A stretch of 64,000 nucleotides of DNA, taken from positions 41,169 through 105,168 of IMG/VR virus record IMGVR_UViG_3300022927_001391, one strand, 5' to 3'. This stretch comes from a virus. Shown here one piece after another: positions 9,420 to 18,267 of this stretch; within the stretch, counting starts at the first letter, position 1, and every line of letters begins with the position of its first letter. Position numbers and translations under genes: made by a program. Below the pieces are notes generated by a model. The model was not told the DNA's origin. It searched no databases and worked only from the letters and a program-made list of their open reading frames with translations.

Positions 9420-9981
9420 AACACACAAAGACTGGATCTCAGAGGATGAACATGGCATGTTACAAGCATTGGTGTTGTATGCTCCACGCTGGCGTTTTGG
9501 TCAGGTAAGCGACAATACAATCCAACCAAACTATCCCATGTGGTTCCAAAACTTTTGGGATATTAGAACATTTGAGTTCAAACCAGATCAAGAGATAGTG
9601 ACCAATCTGTTACGTTCACTAAAAGATAGATTTTTAGAGTTATGCCCGGGCAATTATAAACTTGTTAGGTTTATGGCCAGTAGTAATACGTTTGGCATTG
9701 ATGGTGATATCCATACAGACTGGCCACATCCTGATGTAAGTATTACAGGTGTACTTTATACAGACAAGGTATGGGAACAGAACTGGGGCGGGGAAACGGC
9801 CTTTTATAAGGATGGTGTCGTAGAAGCTAGCGAATATGAACCCAGAAAGCTTATTACATTTGATAGTAGTATTGCCCATGTAGGCAAAGGGCCGCAGCGA
9901 CGTTGTAAGGAAATGAGAACAATTATAGCGTTTCAAGCAGTTAGCGAAGATGCTCTAAATGCTAAAATGAGAAAGAATTAA
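9400..9981 (+). CDS. 2OG-Fe(II) oxygenase (prolyl-hydroxylase-like)
   Basis: HTD...WGGET...FDSSIAH...R facial triad and 2OG Arg; start adjusted to the ATG after GGAG. Confidence 0.8.
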   Translation: MHVALFETHKDWISEDEHGMLQALVLYAPRWRFGQVSDNTIQPNYPMWFQNFWDIRTFEFKPDQEIVTNLLRSLKDRFLELCPGNYKLVRFMASSNTFGIDGDIHTDWPHPDVSITGVLYTDKVWEQNWGGETAFYKDGVVEASEYEPRKLITFDSSIAHVGKGPQRRCKEMRTIIAFQAVSEDALNAKMRKN

Positions 9982-10802
9982 TGATCATAACTGGCGATGG
10001 TGGATTAGATAACTGGTATAATGTCACTGTAAATACGTCATTGAACACATTTGAGGTTAATTTTAATCACAAGTCTCCGGCTCGACAACTGAATTTTTTT
10101 GAAGCTGCTGATTACACTGCAAGAACAATAGCTGAAAAATACAAAGATATCTTCCTAGGACTTAGTGGAGGCATGGATAGTCAATTTGTTGCTGAAACTT
10201 TGTATAAAAATAATATTAACTTTACACCATTAATAGGAATAAACCCTACTAATAATGATCATGAATTTGCTATAGATTGGTGTAATGCGCGGAATATAAA
10301 ATCTATCATTCTTGACTTAGAATTTTATTCACAAGATATTTTAAAAATTTATACGACCTTTTTAAAAAAAGTTCCGTTTGTTAATATAGGAAATTGCATA
10401 GATCTTTTTTTAAGTAGTATTGCAAAAAAACATTCTGGTCATTTAATAGTCGGTGGTCCTACACTTCCTTTAACACCTTATCACCCAAAGCAAGCTAGTA
10501 AAGAACCCATTTATTCTGTAGAGATAAGTGAATTTGCTCTTGAGTTGACCAATCAACTAATTGGTGGATTCTTCTTCTTTACTCCCGAAATTCTACTATC
10601 ACAGGCAATCAATCTAGATATTACAAAGACGGATGATTACTCTCGAGCTGCTTTATATAATTTTCCTGTCAGACATAAGACACTAGAATATAGATTATTT
10701 CCAGATTCTATTCATCTTAAACTAGTACATATAACTAAAAATAGAAAAATCAATAACCAAGATTGGTCAAAAACTAATCTCATTAACTTACTTCAGAATT
10801 AA
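9981..10802 (+). CDS. PP-loop (adenine nucleotide alpha-hydrolase) family protein
   Basis: LGLSGGMDS motif; AT-rich gene; lacks the QueC C-terminal Cys cluster. Confidence 0.55.
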   Translation: MIITGDGGLDNWYNVTVNTSLNTFEVNFNHKSPARQLNFFEAADYTARTIAEKYKDIFLGLSGGMDSQFVAETLYKNNINFTPLIGINPTNNDHEFAIDWCNARNIKSIILDLEFYSQDILKIYTTFLKKVPFVNIGNCIDLFLSSIAKKHSGHLIVGGPTLPLTPYHPKQASKEPIYSVEISEFALELTNQLIGGFFFFTPEILLSQAINLDITKTDDYSRAALYNFPVRHKTLEYRLFPDSIHLKLVHITKNRKINNQDWSKTNLINLLQN

Positions 10803-10803
10803 A

Positions 10804-10832
10804 TTGACTCTCAATCATAAATATCTTACAAT
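10804..10832 (+). promoter_or_regulatory. sigma70-type promoter of queD with embedded late-like CATAAATA
   Basis: TTGACT (10804-10809), 17 bp, TACAAT (10827-10832); CATAAATA at 10816-10823. Confidence 0.7.
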
Positions 10833-10843
10833 GTAATTACATT

Positions 10844-10901
10844 AGAGGACTAAGGTGTTCGACCCTCTTTAAATATTCCGCACACTCCATAACCAAGGAG
10901 T
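10844..10901 (+). ncRNA. Candidate preQ1-I-like riboswitch variant in the queD 5' UTR
   Basis: P1 AGAGG (10844-48)/CCTCT (10864-68); loop ends ...AC; AU-rich tail; loop GGTGT can pair with ACACT (10882-86), which overlaps an ACTCC/GGAGT anti-SD hairpin. Confidence 0.45.
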
Positions 10902-10907
10902 ATAAAC

Positions 10908-11381
10908 ATGGCAAAATATATTAGTACAAAAACATACAGGCATTTAGGTCCAGTAGCATACAGACAGTGGAGAGCAGATTCACACTGCAATCTTATCCAC
11001 GGATACGCATTAAGTTTCCATTTTGAATTTGAAACTGATGACCTAGATGCTCGTAACTGGGTAGTAGACTTTGGTGGATTACGTCCACTAAAGGATAGCT
11101 TAGAAGATTGGTTTGATCACACTCTGCTAGTAGCACAGGATGATCCAGACCGCGACACGCTACTAGAACTAGGCAAGAAAGGCCTAGCAAAGATTACAGA
11201 AGTTGAAAAGACTGGATGTGAAGGTCTGTCAGACTTTTTGTATGAATACGTAAACACAATATTTTTACCTAGTTGGGAACCTGGCACTAGGGTATGGTGC
11301 TGTAAGGTTGAGGTAAGAGAAACTGACTCAAATATGGCTATGCGAGTTGGTCACAGAGAAGATGGAGAATTCGATGTTTAA
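10908..11381 (+). CDS. queD: 6-carboxy-5,6,7,8-tetrahydropterin synthase
   Basis: HCNLIHGY, VVDFGGL, FDHT, GCE, VRET T-fold PTPS motifs; next to queE. Confidence 0.9.
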   Translation: MAKYISTKTYRHLGPVAYRQWRADSHCNLIHGYALSFHFEFETDDLDARNWVVDFGGLRPLKDSLEDWFDHTLLVAQDDPDRDTLLELGKKGLAKITEVEKTGCEGLSDFLYEYVNTIFLPSWEPGTRVWCCKVEVRETDSNMAMRVGHREDGEFDV

Positions 11382-11562
11382 ATGCATTATGAAATGGCTA
11401 GGAGTTGGAGACACACCTGCTGTTATTACAGAAGCTGAGCTTAACAAGATGACAAAGAAGCAAGTTGATGACTGGGCAGCAGATCATGGTATCAACCTCG
11501 ATCGTCGTCTTACAAAGGCTAAGATGATTGATGAACTAAAAAAACACGTAACTGTAGACTAA
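11374..11562 (+). CDS. Small protein with a HeH/Rho-N-like helical motif
   Basis: ELNKMTKKQVDDWAADHGINLDRRLTKAKMIDEL pattern; ATG 11374 after GGAG. Confidence 0.55.
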   Translation: MFKCIMKWLGVGDTPAVITEAELNKMTKKQVDDWAADHGINLDRRLTKAKMIDELKKHVTVD

Positions 11563-11571
11563 GAGGCGTCA

Positions 11572-12435
11572 ATGAAAGTAAGATATACTGAAGCGTTTTA
11601 TTCAGTTCAAGGAGAAGGTCGCTGGACAGGTGTGCCCAGTGTATTCCTTCGTATGTATGGTTGTAACTTTACTTGTCCTAAGTTTGGTATTGCTAGGAAC
11701 AGTAACGAAACAGCAGAGCCTCAGATCCAAAAGATTGTAGATGAGATTGATAACTATGATACACTTGAGGATCTCCCACTTGTGACTGTAGGGTGCGATA
11801 GCTATGCTGCTTGGCACCCTGCATTCAAACGTTTTCAACATGATGTAGACATTGATCAGCTGGTTGATGATCTACTTGCACTTACACCAACAGGTGCATG
11901 GTCATTGGATAATGGTCAGGATATCCATTTGGTAATCACAGGCGGTGAGCCTCTATTAGGTTGGCAACGAGCATATATACAGTTGCTAGAACATCCACGC
12001 ATGAAGGACTTGAAGAATGTCACGTTCGAAACTAATACTACACAATCTCTGTCAGAGGATTTCAAAACGTACCTCACAGATAATCAACAGGTACACATTA
12101 CATTCTCTTGCTCCCCTAAACTATCGGTTAGTGGACATACTTGGGTTGATGCTATCAAGCCTGATGTTGCTGTTAAGTACGCTAGTGTTCCTAACAGCCA
12201 CTTGTATCTTAAGTTCGTTGTTTCTGATGATGTTGACGTGGCAGAAGTTGATAGAGCTGTTGCAGAATATAGATCTGCGGGACTTGAAGCGCCGGTTTAC
12301 CTCATGCCTGTTGGCGGTACGACAGACAGTTACTTCAAAAACGGTCGTCAAGTCGCAGAGCTCGCCCTCGAAAAAGGCTACAGATATAGCCCACGCCTCC
12401 ACGTCGACGTCTTCGGTAACGCCTGGGGAACCTAA
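11572..12435 (+). CDS. queE: 7-carboxy-7-deazaguanine synthase (radical SAM)
   Basis: EAFYSVQGEG..G.PSVFLR..GCNFTC, GCDS, ITGGEPLL, FETN, SPKL, YSPRLH. Confidence 0.9.
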   Translation: MKVRYTEAFYSVQGEGRWTGVPSVFLRMYGCNFTCPKFGIARNSNETAEPQIQKIVDEIDNYDTLEDLPLVTVGCDSYAAWHPAFKRFQHDVDIDQLVDDLLALTPTGAWSLDNGQDIHLVITGGEPLLGWQRAYIQLLEHPRMKDLKNVTFETNTTQSLSEDFKTYLTDNQQVHITFSCSPKLSVSGHTWVDAIKPDVAVKYASVPNSHLYLKFVVSDDVDVAEVDRAVAEYRSAGLEAPVYLMPVGGTTDSYFKNGRQVAELALEKGYRYSPRLHVDVFGNAWGT

Positions 12436-12468
12436 CTTAGAAAATAAGTTACGTAAAGCTGGTGCAAT

Positions 12469-13026
12469 ATGAGAACAGTTTGGGTAAGACACGGACAAAG
12501 CGAATATAATGCTAAAAATTTAGCAACGGGTTGGCACGATCCTGATCTTACCCAACTTGGGGTAGAACAGGCATTTGAAACAGCTAGAATTTTAGCTCAA
12601 AGATACACAATGATCGCTAGTATACATACTAGCGATCTTCGTAGAGCAGTACAGACAGCTAGTATAATTTTACAAAGCTCGCCATGGTTTGTTGAGACAG
12701 AAATAGATAGTAGATTGCGTGAACGTGACTATGGTGATTGGAGCGGTAAAAACAAGGATGAAAACCGTTTAAGTGTAGGAGATGAAAGATTTTTATCTAT
12801 ACGCCGAGGCTGGGACATTGCTCCCCCTAACGGTGAGAGTTTGAAAGATACTGCTAGTAGAGTAGCAAATTATTTGGACAATATAGAACAAAGTAATCTT
12901 CCGATTATTTTTGTTTGTCACGGAAATACTATAAGAGCAGCAAGTGTGATTTTTGGAAAAAATACACCGGAATCTGTTGTAGATTGGGAAATAGAGACTG
13001 GAGGTTTCATAGAATGGGAATACTAG
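12469..13026 (+). CDS. Histidine phosphatase / dPGM-type phosphoglycerate mutase
   Basis: RHGQSEYN, TSDL.RA, LRERDYG, PPNGESLKDT, CHGNTIR. Confidence 0.85.
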   Translation: MRTVWVRHGQSEYNAKNLATGWHDPDLTQLGVEQAFETARILAQRYTMIASIHTSDLRRAVQTASIILQSSPWFVETEIDSRLRERDYGDWSGKNKDENRLSVGDERFLSIRRGWDIAPPNGESLKDTASRVANYLDNIEQSNLPIIFVCHGNTIRAASVIFGKNTPESVVDWEIETGGFIEWEY

Positions 13027-13382
13027 ACGACGCAAAAAGTGCTATGGGTTTGGGTAAAGCCAAACGTGTTGAGGAACCTAAGCCACGCGCACCTAAAAAA
13101 TCAGAAAAGGAAATTGCTACAGAAAAGGGTGAGCCCTGGGTTAGTGTCCTTAGTGTAGAAGTTGATCAGGAAAATCCTGGCAATGGTGCTTTTGAATTAG
13201 ACTGGAACCAACCTTTTATTAAATTGCTTTGGAAAAAAGGTTACCGTGACGAAAATGAAAACGATATGGTAGATCGCTGGTTTCAGGATGTCTGCAGGCA
13301 CGTGGTTATGGAAAGCTATGAAAAAGATGAAGCTATGGTAACTCGTAACGACTTAGGTGATGGCAGAGTAGAGTATAAATGA
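13014..13382 (+). CDS. Conserved hypothetical phage protein
   Basis: Start reassigned to ATG 13014 after GGAGG; ATEKGEPWV...FELDWN...DRWFQDVCR. Confidence 0.65.
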   Translation: MGILDDAKSAMGLGKAKRVEEPKPRAPKKSEKEIATEKGEPWVSVLSVEVDQENPGNGAFELDWNQPFIKLLWKKGYRDENENDMVDRWFQDVCRHVVMESYEKDEAMVTRNDLGDGRVEYK

Positions 13383-13495
13383 TACGAGCAGTTCCTGCTG
13401 AATATGCAAACCACTATTTAAATGGTAGCTGGGTTTTTAATTCTCTTATCACATTTTTAATACATAATGCCCTGCTATAAAAGAAGTAAATTATA

Positions 13496-14269
13496 ATGCT
13501 TGTCTATGTTAATGGAGATAGTCATAGTGCAGGAGCAGAGCTAGTAGAAGATTTCTGCTTTGCCATGGACGACAGAAGATACATTCATCTAGGTCGCACA
13601 CCACACCCTGAAGCTATACCCTATACCTTTGGATATTTTCTCAGCCAGAGTTTAAATGCTGGTTACTTCTTAGATGCAGAAAGTGCAGGTAGTAACCAGA
13701 GAATACTAAGAACTACAACTACATTCTTAGAAGAAAAATATAGTTCTCATACCACCATAATTATTGGCTGGAGTACATGGGAAAGAGAAGAATGGCTACA
13801 CGAAGATTTATACTATCAGGTTACAGCAAGCGGTACTGATAGTGTTCCAGCAGAACTTGTAGACAAATATAAACAATGGGTAACAGAGCAAACCCAACAA
13901 GAGTTGGCTAAAAAACAAAGGTACTGGCACAATAAAATCTATGAATTCCATTTAGATTTACAAAGTAAAAATATCTCACATTTGTTTTTTAATAGTTACA
14001 ATCACTTTAATATGTCTGATGCAGAAAAGTTTGATTGGCAAAACTGTTATATAAATCCCTATGAAGACGCAGGCACTTATTTTAACTGGTGTAAGGAACA
14101 CGGCTTTAAAACAGTCAACAATGGTTTACATTATGGAAGAGATGCCCAAATAGCCTGGGGAAAGTATCTGTTGCCCTGGTTGACAAACACCAATCAAAGT
14201 AGTATAATACAAGCAGTAAAGGTTAATCCCAACCAACAAGTAAAATTTGGACCTACGAGGACTGGATGA
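13496..14269 (+). CDS. SGNH/GDSL-like hydrolase or acyltransferase
   Basis: NGDSH, AGSNQRILR, C-terminal HYG. Confidence 0.65.
   Translation: MLVYVNGDSHSAGAELVEDFCFAMDDRRYIHLGRTPHPEAIPYTFGYFLSQSLNAGYFLDAESAGSNQRILRTTTTFLEEKYSSHTTIIIGWSTWEREEWLHEDLYYQVTASGTDSVPAELVDKYKQWVTEQTQQELAKKQRYWHNKIYEFHLDLQSKNISHLFFNSYNHFNMSDAEKFDWQNCYINPYEDAGTYFNWCKEHGFKTVNNGLHYGRDAQIAWGKYLLPWLTNTNQSSIIQAVKVNPNQQVKFGPTRTG
14180..14208 (+). promoter_or_regulatory. Consensus sigma70 promoter upstream of the exonuclease gene
   Basis: TTGACA (14180-85), 17 bp, TATAAT (14203-08). Confidence 0.75.
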
Positions 14270-15270
14270 CGACTTATCTACTAGTTGATACCGCTAACAC
14301 ATTCTTTCGTGCAAGACACGTTGCCCATCGTGGCATGGATTCATGGACTAAACTGGGCTTTGCAATTCATGTAACACTTAATGCTGTAAACAAAGCACAC
14401 AGAATCGCCGGGGCTGATCATGTAATATTTGCGCTGGAAGGCAGAAGCTGGCGTAAGGACTATTACACACCTTATAAGCGCAACAGGTCAGATGCAAGAG
14501 CAGCACTAACAGAAGCAGAGCAGGAAGAAGATAAACTGTTCTGGGAGGCATATGATGAACTTACGACATTCCTAAAAGATAGTTCAAATTGCAGCGTCCT
14601 TAGATGCGAAATTGCGGAGGCTGACGATATTATCGCACGGTTTATTAATATGCACCCTAACGACAACCACGTTATTGTTAGCAGTGATACTGATTTTGTT
14701 CAGCTAGTTAGTGATAACGTTCGTCAATACAACGGTATTCAAAATCATATGATTACCCTAGAGGGTATCTTTGACGATTATGGCAAGCCTGTTAAGGATA
14801 AAAAAACTGGGGAAGCAAAGATTGCTCCAGATCCAGAGTGGCTGCTATTTGAAAAATGCATGCGTGGTGATCCTACTGACAATGTATTCAGTGCTTATCC
14901 AGGTGTCCGAACCAAAGGCAGTAAAAATAAGGTAGGACTATTAGAAGCATATGAGGATCGTGCCAATCGCGGTTATAACTGGAATAACATGATGCTACAG
15001 CGTTGGGTAGATCATAACGGTGAAGAGCATCGTGTTCTCGACGACTACGAGCGCAATCGCACACTGGTGGATCTCACAGCACAGCCTGCAGAGATCAAAG
15101 AGTATGTTGACGAAACAATCCGTTCGCAGGTTACGGACAAGCACATGGGTATGGTTGGTGCTAAGTTCCTAAAGTTCTGCGGTAAGTATGAACTCAATAG
15201 GCTAGCTGAAGACGCTACAAAGTTTGCAGAATGGTTGAACAAAGGCTATGAATATGAAGTTACAAGCTAA
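14266..15270 (+). CDS. rnh: T4-like RNase H / 5'-3' flap exonuclease
   Basis: LLVD, SWRK..Y..YK.NR, EADDIIA, SSDTDFVQL, GDPTDNV motifs of the FEN/PIN fold. Confidence 0.88.
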   Translation: MTTYLLVDTANTFFRARHVAHRGMDSWTKLGFAIHVTLNAVNKAHRIAGADHVIFALEGRSWRKDYYTPYKRNRSDARAALTEAEQEEDKLFWEAYDELTTFLKDSSNCSVLRCEIAEADDIIARFINMHPNDNHVIVSSDTDFVQLVSDNVRQYNGIQNHMITLEGIFDDYGKPVKDKKTGEAKIAPDPEWLLFEKCMRGDPTDNVFSAYPGVRTKGSKNKVGLLEAYEDRANRGYNWNNMMLQRWVDHNGEEHRVLDDYERNRTLVDLTAQPAEIKEYVDETIRSQVTDKHMGMVGAKFLKFCGKYELNRLAEDATKFAEWLNKGYEYEVTS

Positions 15271-15724
15271 AGCTATTGTAGATAATACCTTCTGGATTAT
15301 CGAACGCAATGGCGAAAAGGTAGGTACCCTTCGCCACAGTAATGACTATGTGCTAACAGTAAATAGTAAAAACTTCCGTTATCCGGATTTGAAATCGCTG
15401 AGTACTAAGTTGGATATAGACTTTCAAAATAATTTAGTGAGGATTGAACCTGCCGGCAAAAAGCAGTTTGATGTACATGGGTATCCATGCAAGACATTAC
15501 CATTTAATGGTATTTTTGACCTAAAGCGTAAACTACCATTGTATACCAAGACTGAAAAAAGCCAATGCTTCTACTGCGCTGGATATTATGCAATCAATTT
15601 TGAGAACGGCTGGGTTCCTGCATATTGCCCTAAACTTATTACTTTGGGTAGAAACGAACATAAGGGACCATACAAAACAAAGTTAGAGATGCAGGAAGTT
15701 ATTAGAAACCTATCAAATGGCTAA
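15248..15724 (+). CDS. Hypothetical phage protein
   Basis: Coupled ORF; LPLYTK..KS.CFYCAGYY motif. Confidence 0.6.
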   Translation: MNMKLQAKAIVDNTFWIIERNGEKVGTLRHSNDYVLTVNSKNFRYPDLKSLSTKLDIDFQNNLVRIEPAGKKQFDVHGYPCKTLPFNGIFDLKRKLPLYTKTEKSQCFYCAGYYAINFENGWVPAYCPKLITLGRNEHKGPYKTKLEMQEVIRNLSNG

Positions 15725-15932
15725 AATCCCACACTTCGGCAATCTTGAAAAACTAGCAAGCAAATGTGCTTTAATTAAATCAGAAAATCTGATAATTAAT
15801 AAAACTGAAGCACAACACATTGCAATGGAATACCAGAAGCTTATTGGATACATAACTCAGATACAGGATGAGTTATTAGCTGAGCGAGAACGTCAGGCTA
15901 CTGAGATAGAGATCTTAGGTCCAAATTTTTAA
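15717..15932 (+). CDS. Hypothetical protein
   Basis: ORF overlapping the previous stop. Confidence 0.55.
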   Translation: MAKIPHFGNLEKLASKCALIKSENLIINKTEAQHIAMEYQKLIGYITQIQDELLAERERQATEIEILGPNF

Positions 15933-15951
15933 TAAACTACTCATATTTCCA

Positions 15952-15959
15952 GATAAATA
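15952..15959 (+). promoter_or_regulatory. Late-promoter-like GATAAATA
   Basis: One mismatch to T4 late TATAAATA, in the intergenic gap before 15985. Confidence 0.45.
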
Positions 15960-15984
15960 ATATTGTATTATAATTGGAAAATCC

Positions 15985-16281
15985 ATGAGTAGACCCAAGC
16001 CCACAGTTTTATTAGAAAAGGTTGATAAGCAGACTTACAAGTCTGATCAGGTCCTTGCTAGCGAAGGAATCTGGAGTGTATTCTATAAAAACCAACCTAT
16101 TAATCTAAAGAGTAGTAATATGCTTATTAGCTATCCTGGTCCTAAATATAAGAAGGTCTCATTCAGCAATCCAGGCCATGCTATAAATCTTGCCAAAAAG
16201 CTTAATAAGAATTTCAACTGCTCTGACTTCACGGTAGTATTACTGAGCAGTGGTGAGATCATCTACCCAGATGCCCAATAA
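15985..16281 (+). CDS. Conserved hypothetical phage protein
   Basis: MSRPKP...GPKYKKVSFSNPGHA.NLAKKLN; basic. Confidence 0.65.
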   Translation: MSRPKPTVLLEKVDKQTYKSDQVLASEGIWSVFYKNQPINLKSSNMLISYPGPKYKKVSFSNPGHAINLAKKLNKNFNCSDFTVVLLSSGEIIYPDAQ

Positions 16282-16639
16282 ACAAGAATACACACAAGCA
16301 TTTCTAAAAAACATTGAAACTACTACTGTGCCCGCCGGTGACGAGCTTGCATTCTTTTGGCTTAATATTAGAGATACTGGAGGGTTAAGGCTAACTGAAA
16401 ATGGGTATTTTTGTCTAGTAGAAGATATTAAGTTAGAAAGCTGGGAAATAGACATCCGTGAACAAAAGATAACCCAAAGGTTCCTTTTAGACTTGGATCG
16501 TTTTATGAACTGCCCCTACTATGTGCAGCGCGGCCGGTGGCCCAAAGTTATCCTGTTTAGTGAACAAACCTATTTCTGGCTGGTACTACATAACCAGGAT
16601 TTTGAAAGGTTCTTAAATGCCAACAAAATATCGTCTTAG
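16271..16639 (+). CDS. Hypothetical phage protein
   Basis: GGLRLT..G, CPYY motifs; ATG 16271. Confidence 0.6.
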   Translation: MPNKQEYTQAFLKNIETTTVPAGDELAFFWLNIRDTGGLRLTENGYFCLVEDIKLESWEIDIREQKITQRFLLDLDRFMNCPYYVQRGRWPKVILFSEQTYFWLVLHNQDFERFLNANKISS

Positions 16640-16931
16640 ACACAATAAGCACCTAGAAAACTGTCAGTGGTTACATCTAATAAGTGTAGATTTCCCTGAA
16701 ACTCGTCATAGGCCTTATGATTATGATTACTGGGGATATCGTAACGTAGAAATAATTGACAGTGTAGAAGAACAAAAGGAAACCATCCTGGGCCTACTAC
16801 ACGAAAGTTATGGGCCGCAGGATGGTTTATGGAATATAAGATGGAGTGACGCAGGTGCAGACATCAGATTTAAAACTGAATCTGATGCTGCTAGTTTCCT
16901 GATGCTGTATACCCTTCAGCCTATTAGTTAA
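16617..16931 (+). CDS. Hypothetical phage protein
   Basis: ORF; C-terminal W..RW....IRF..E.DA..F.M pattern. Confidence 0.55.
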   Translation: MPTKYRLRHNKHLENCQWLHLISVDFPETRHRPYDYDYWGYRNVEIIDSVEEQKETILGLLHESYGPQDGLWNIRWSDAGADIRFKTESDAASFLMLYTLQPIS

Positions 16932-18216
16932 CCTTTTTGTCGTAATAAGCCCAGTTACCAAATGCTGGCTTGATGTTATCCGGACCATGGATAATAAACA
17001 CAGTATCGCAGTAGAATTCGTCACCCCAGGTACCACAGGGATAACCATCAGTAAACATCACAAACCGGTTAGGCTGGATGTCGTTGTCCTTCATAAATTT
17101 CCAGTTACATTCAAACATCGTACCGCCACCGCCCTGGGGCTCATATGTCATGATGTCGTCGATGTTGGTAGCGTCAAACTCAGCGTAGTTATAGACTTCG
17201 GTATCGAAGCACCAGAGCTTGATCTTGAAGTCTGTGTACATATCCATGATGGCCTTAATCTCGCTAAAGAAATCACGGGCCTGTTCGTTGCTGATGCTGC
17301 CGCTCATATCCACAGCAACCGCAATATCAATGGTAGTCTCAGGAACCATGCCGGGCAGCAGGAAGTCACTGCCCCAGCTCTTACGGCTACGGCGCATAAA
17401 ACTGTAGTCGCTTTTGATTGAGCTTTCAATGCTCATCGCAAGCATGCTGCGCCAGTCCATCTTGGGCTCAGTAAGATCCTTAACAATGCGAGCAACACCT
17501 GCAGGAAGGTTACCAGCGCCACCAGCCTGCTTGGCACTGTTGATTAATGCTTCCTTAATCTCATCACGGATCTTCTTGCGCTCTTCGTCAGAATAAGTGG
17601 GCTTACCCGAGCTCTTGAGGTTACCGTTCTCGTCCTCACTAATGCCGCCAGAACCGCCCTCGCCATCATCGCCTTCAAGATGCTCGTCCAGCAGCATATC
17701 AATATACTGCTCTAGATCAATCTTTTCAGCGTTGTCATAGAGATCGTCGTAAATCTCCTCCATGCTCATATTGTAGTACTTACGGTCATGTAGAGCAGGC
17801 ACTGTAGTAATAAGCTCACCAATGCGGCTCTGCACCAGATCTCCGTTTACAGCAAAGTCAGCAGCAATGTTCGCAATCTGAGCGTCATGTTTGTTGAGCT
17901 TGCTACGGCCCAGATGCTCGTAGACATTGTGAAGTACCTCATGCCCAAACAGGAACTCTACTTCCTTGCTCTTGAGCATGTTGATGAACTTGCTATTATA
18001 ATAGAAGTGGCGACCGTCAGTAGCTGCTGTGGGCAACCACTGATCTGCATTCACAAGCGGCAACCGAGTTGCCATATTACCAAACCATGCTGCCTTGAGA
18101 AGCAGGCTAACGCGAGCAGTAGTGAGCTTCTCGCGAGCATCTAGATCTTCCTGACGAACTGTCTCGAACCCCACAGGGAGGTTTACGTGCTTCTTGTTTG
18201 CTGTAGTCGTGGTCAT
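16924..18216 (-). CDS. DUF2201-like metallopeptidase-VWA domain protein
   Basis: TAATDG, HEVLH (HEXXH), NIAADFAVN, VDMSGS (MIDAS), GGGGT, FTDG. Confidence 0.85.
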   Translation of the reverse strand: MTTTTANKKHVNLPVGFETVRQEDLDAREKLTTARVSLLLKAAWFGNMATRLPLVNADQWLPTAATDGRHFYYNSKFINMLKSKEVEFLFGHEVLHNVYEHLGRSKLNKHDAQIANIAADFAVNGDLVQSRIGELITTVPALHDRKYYNMSMEEIYDDLYDNAEKIDLEQYIDMLLDEHLEGDDGEGGSGGISEDENGNLKSSGKPTYSDEERKKIRDEIKEALINSAKQAGGAGNLPAGVARIVKDLTEPKMDWRSMLAMSIESSIKSDYSFMRRSRKSWGSDFLLPGMVPETTIDIAVAVDMSGSISNEQARDFFSEIKAIMDMYTDFKIKLWCFDTEVYNYAEFDATNIDDIMTYEPQGGGGTMFECNWKFMKDNDIQPNRFVMFTDGYPCGTWGDEFYCDTVFIIHGPDNIKPAFGNWAYYDKKVN

Positions 18217-18235
18217 ATGTATCTCCTATATGTAT

Positions 18236-18265
18236 ATATTAACATAAGGACAGCGGCTGTCAACC
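18236..18265 (-). promoter_or_regulatory. Early promoter cassette for the VWA gene
   Basis: GGTTGACA, 16 bp ending ATGT, TAATAT on the minus strand, then AGGAG RBS. Confidence 0.65.
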
Positions 18266-18267
18266 GC

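Noticed and set aside
9981-10802. Calling this gene queC
   Set aside because: Only the generic SGGxDS PP-loop is present; QueC-specific motifs and Zn cysteines are missing. Kept as a hypothesis only.
12017-12472. 151-aa alternative-frame ORF overlapping the queE 3' half (possible frameshift extension)
   Set aside because: QueE ends normally (SPRLH...GNAWGT); the alternative frame has no motif or RBS, and I saw no convincing slippery site.
13379-13495. Short ORFs in the gap before the SGNH gene
   Set aside because: At most about 20 codons with no clear RBS or motif; cannot be supported.
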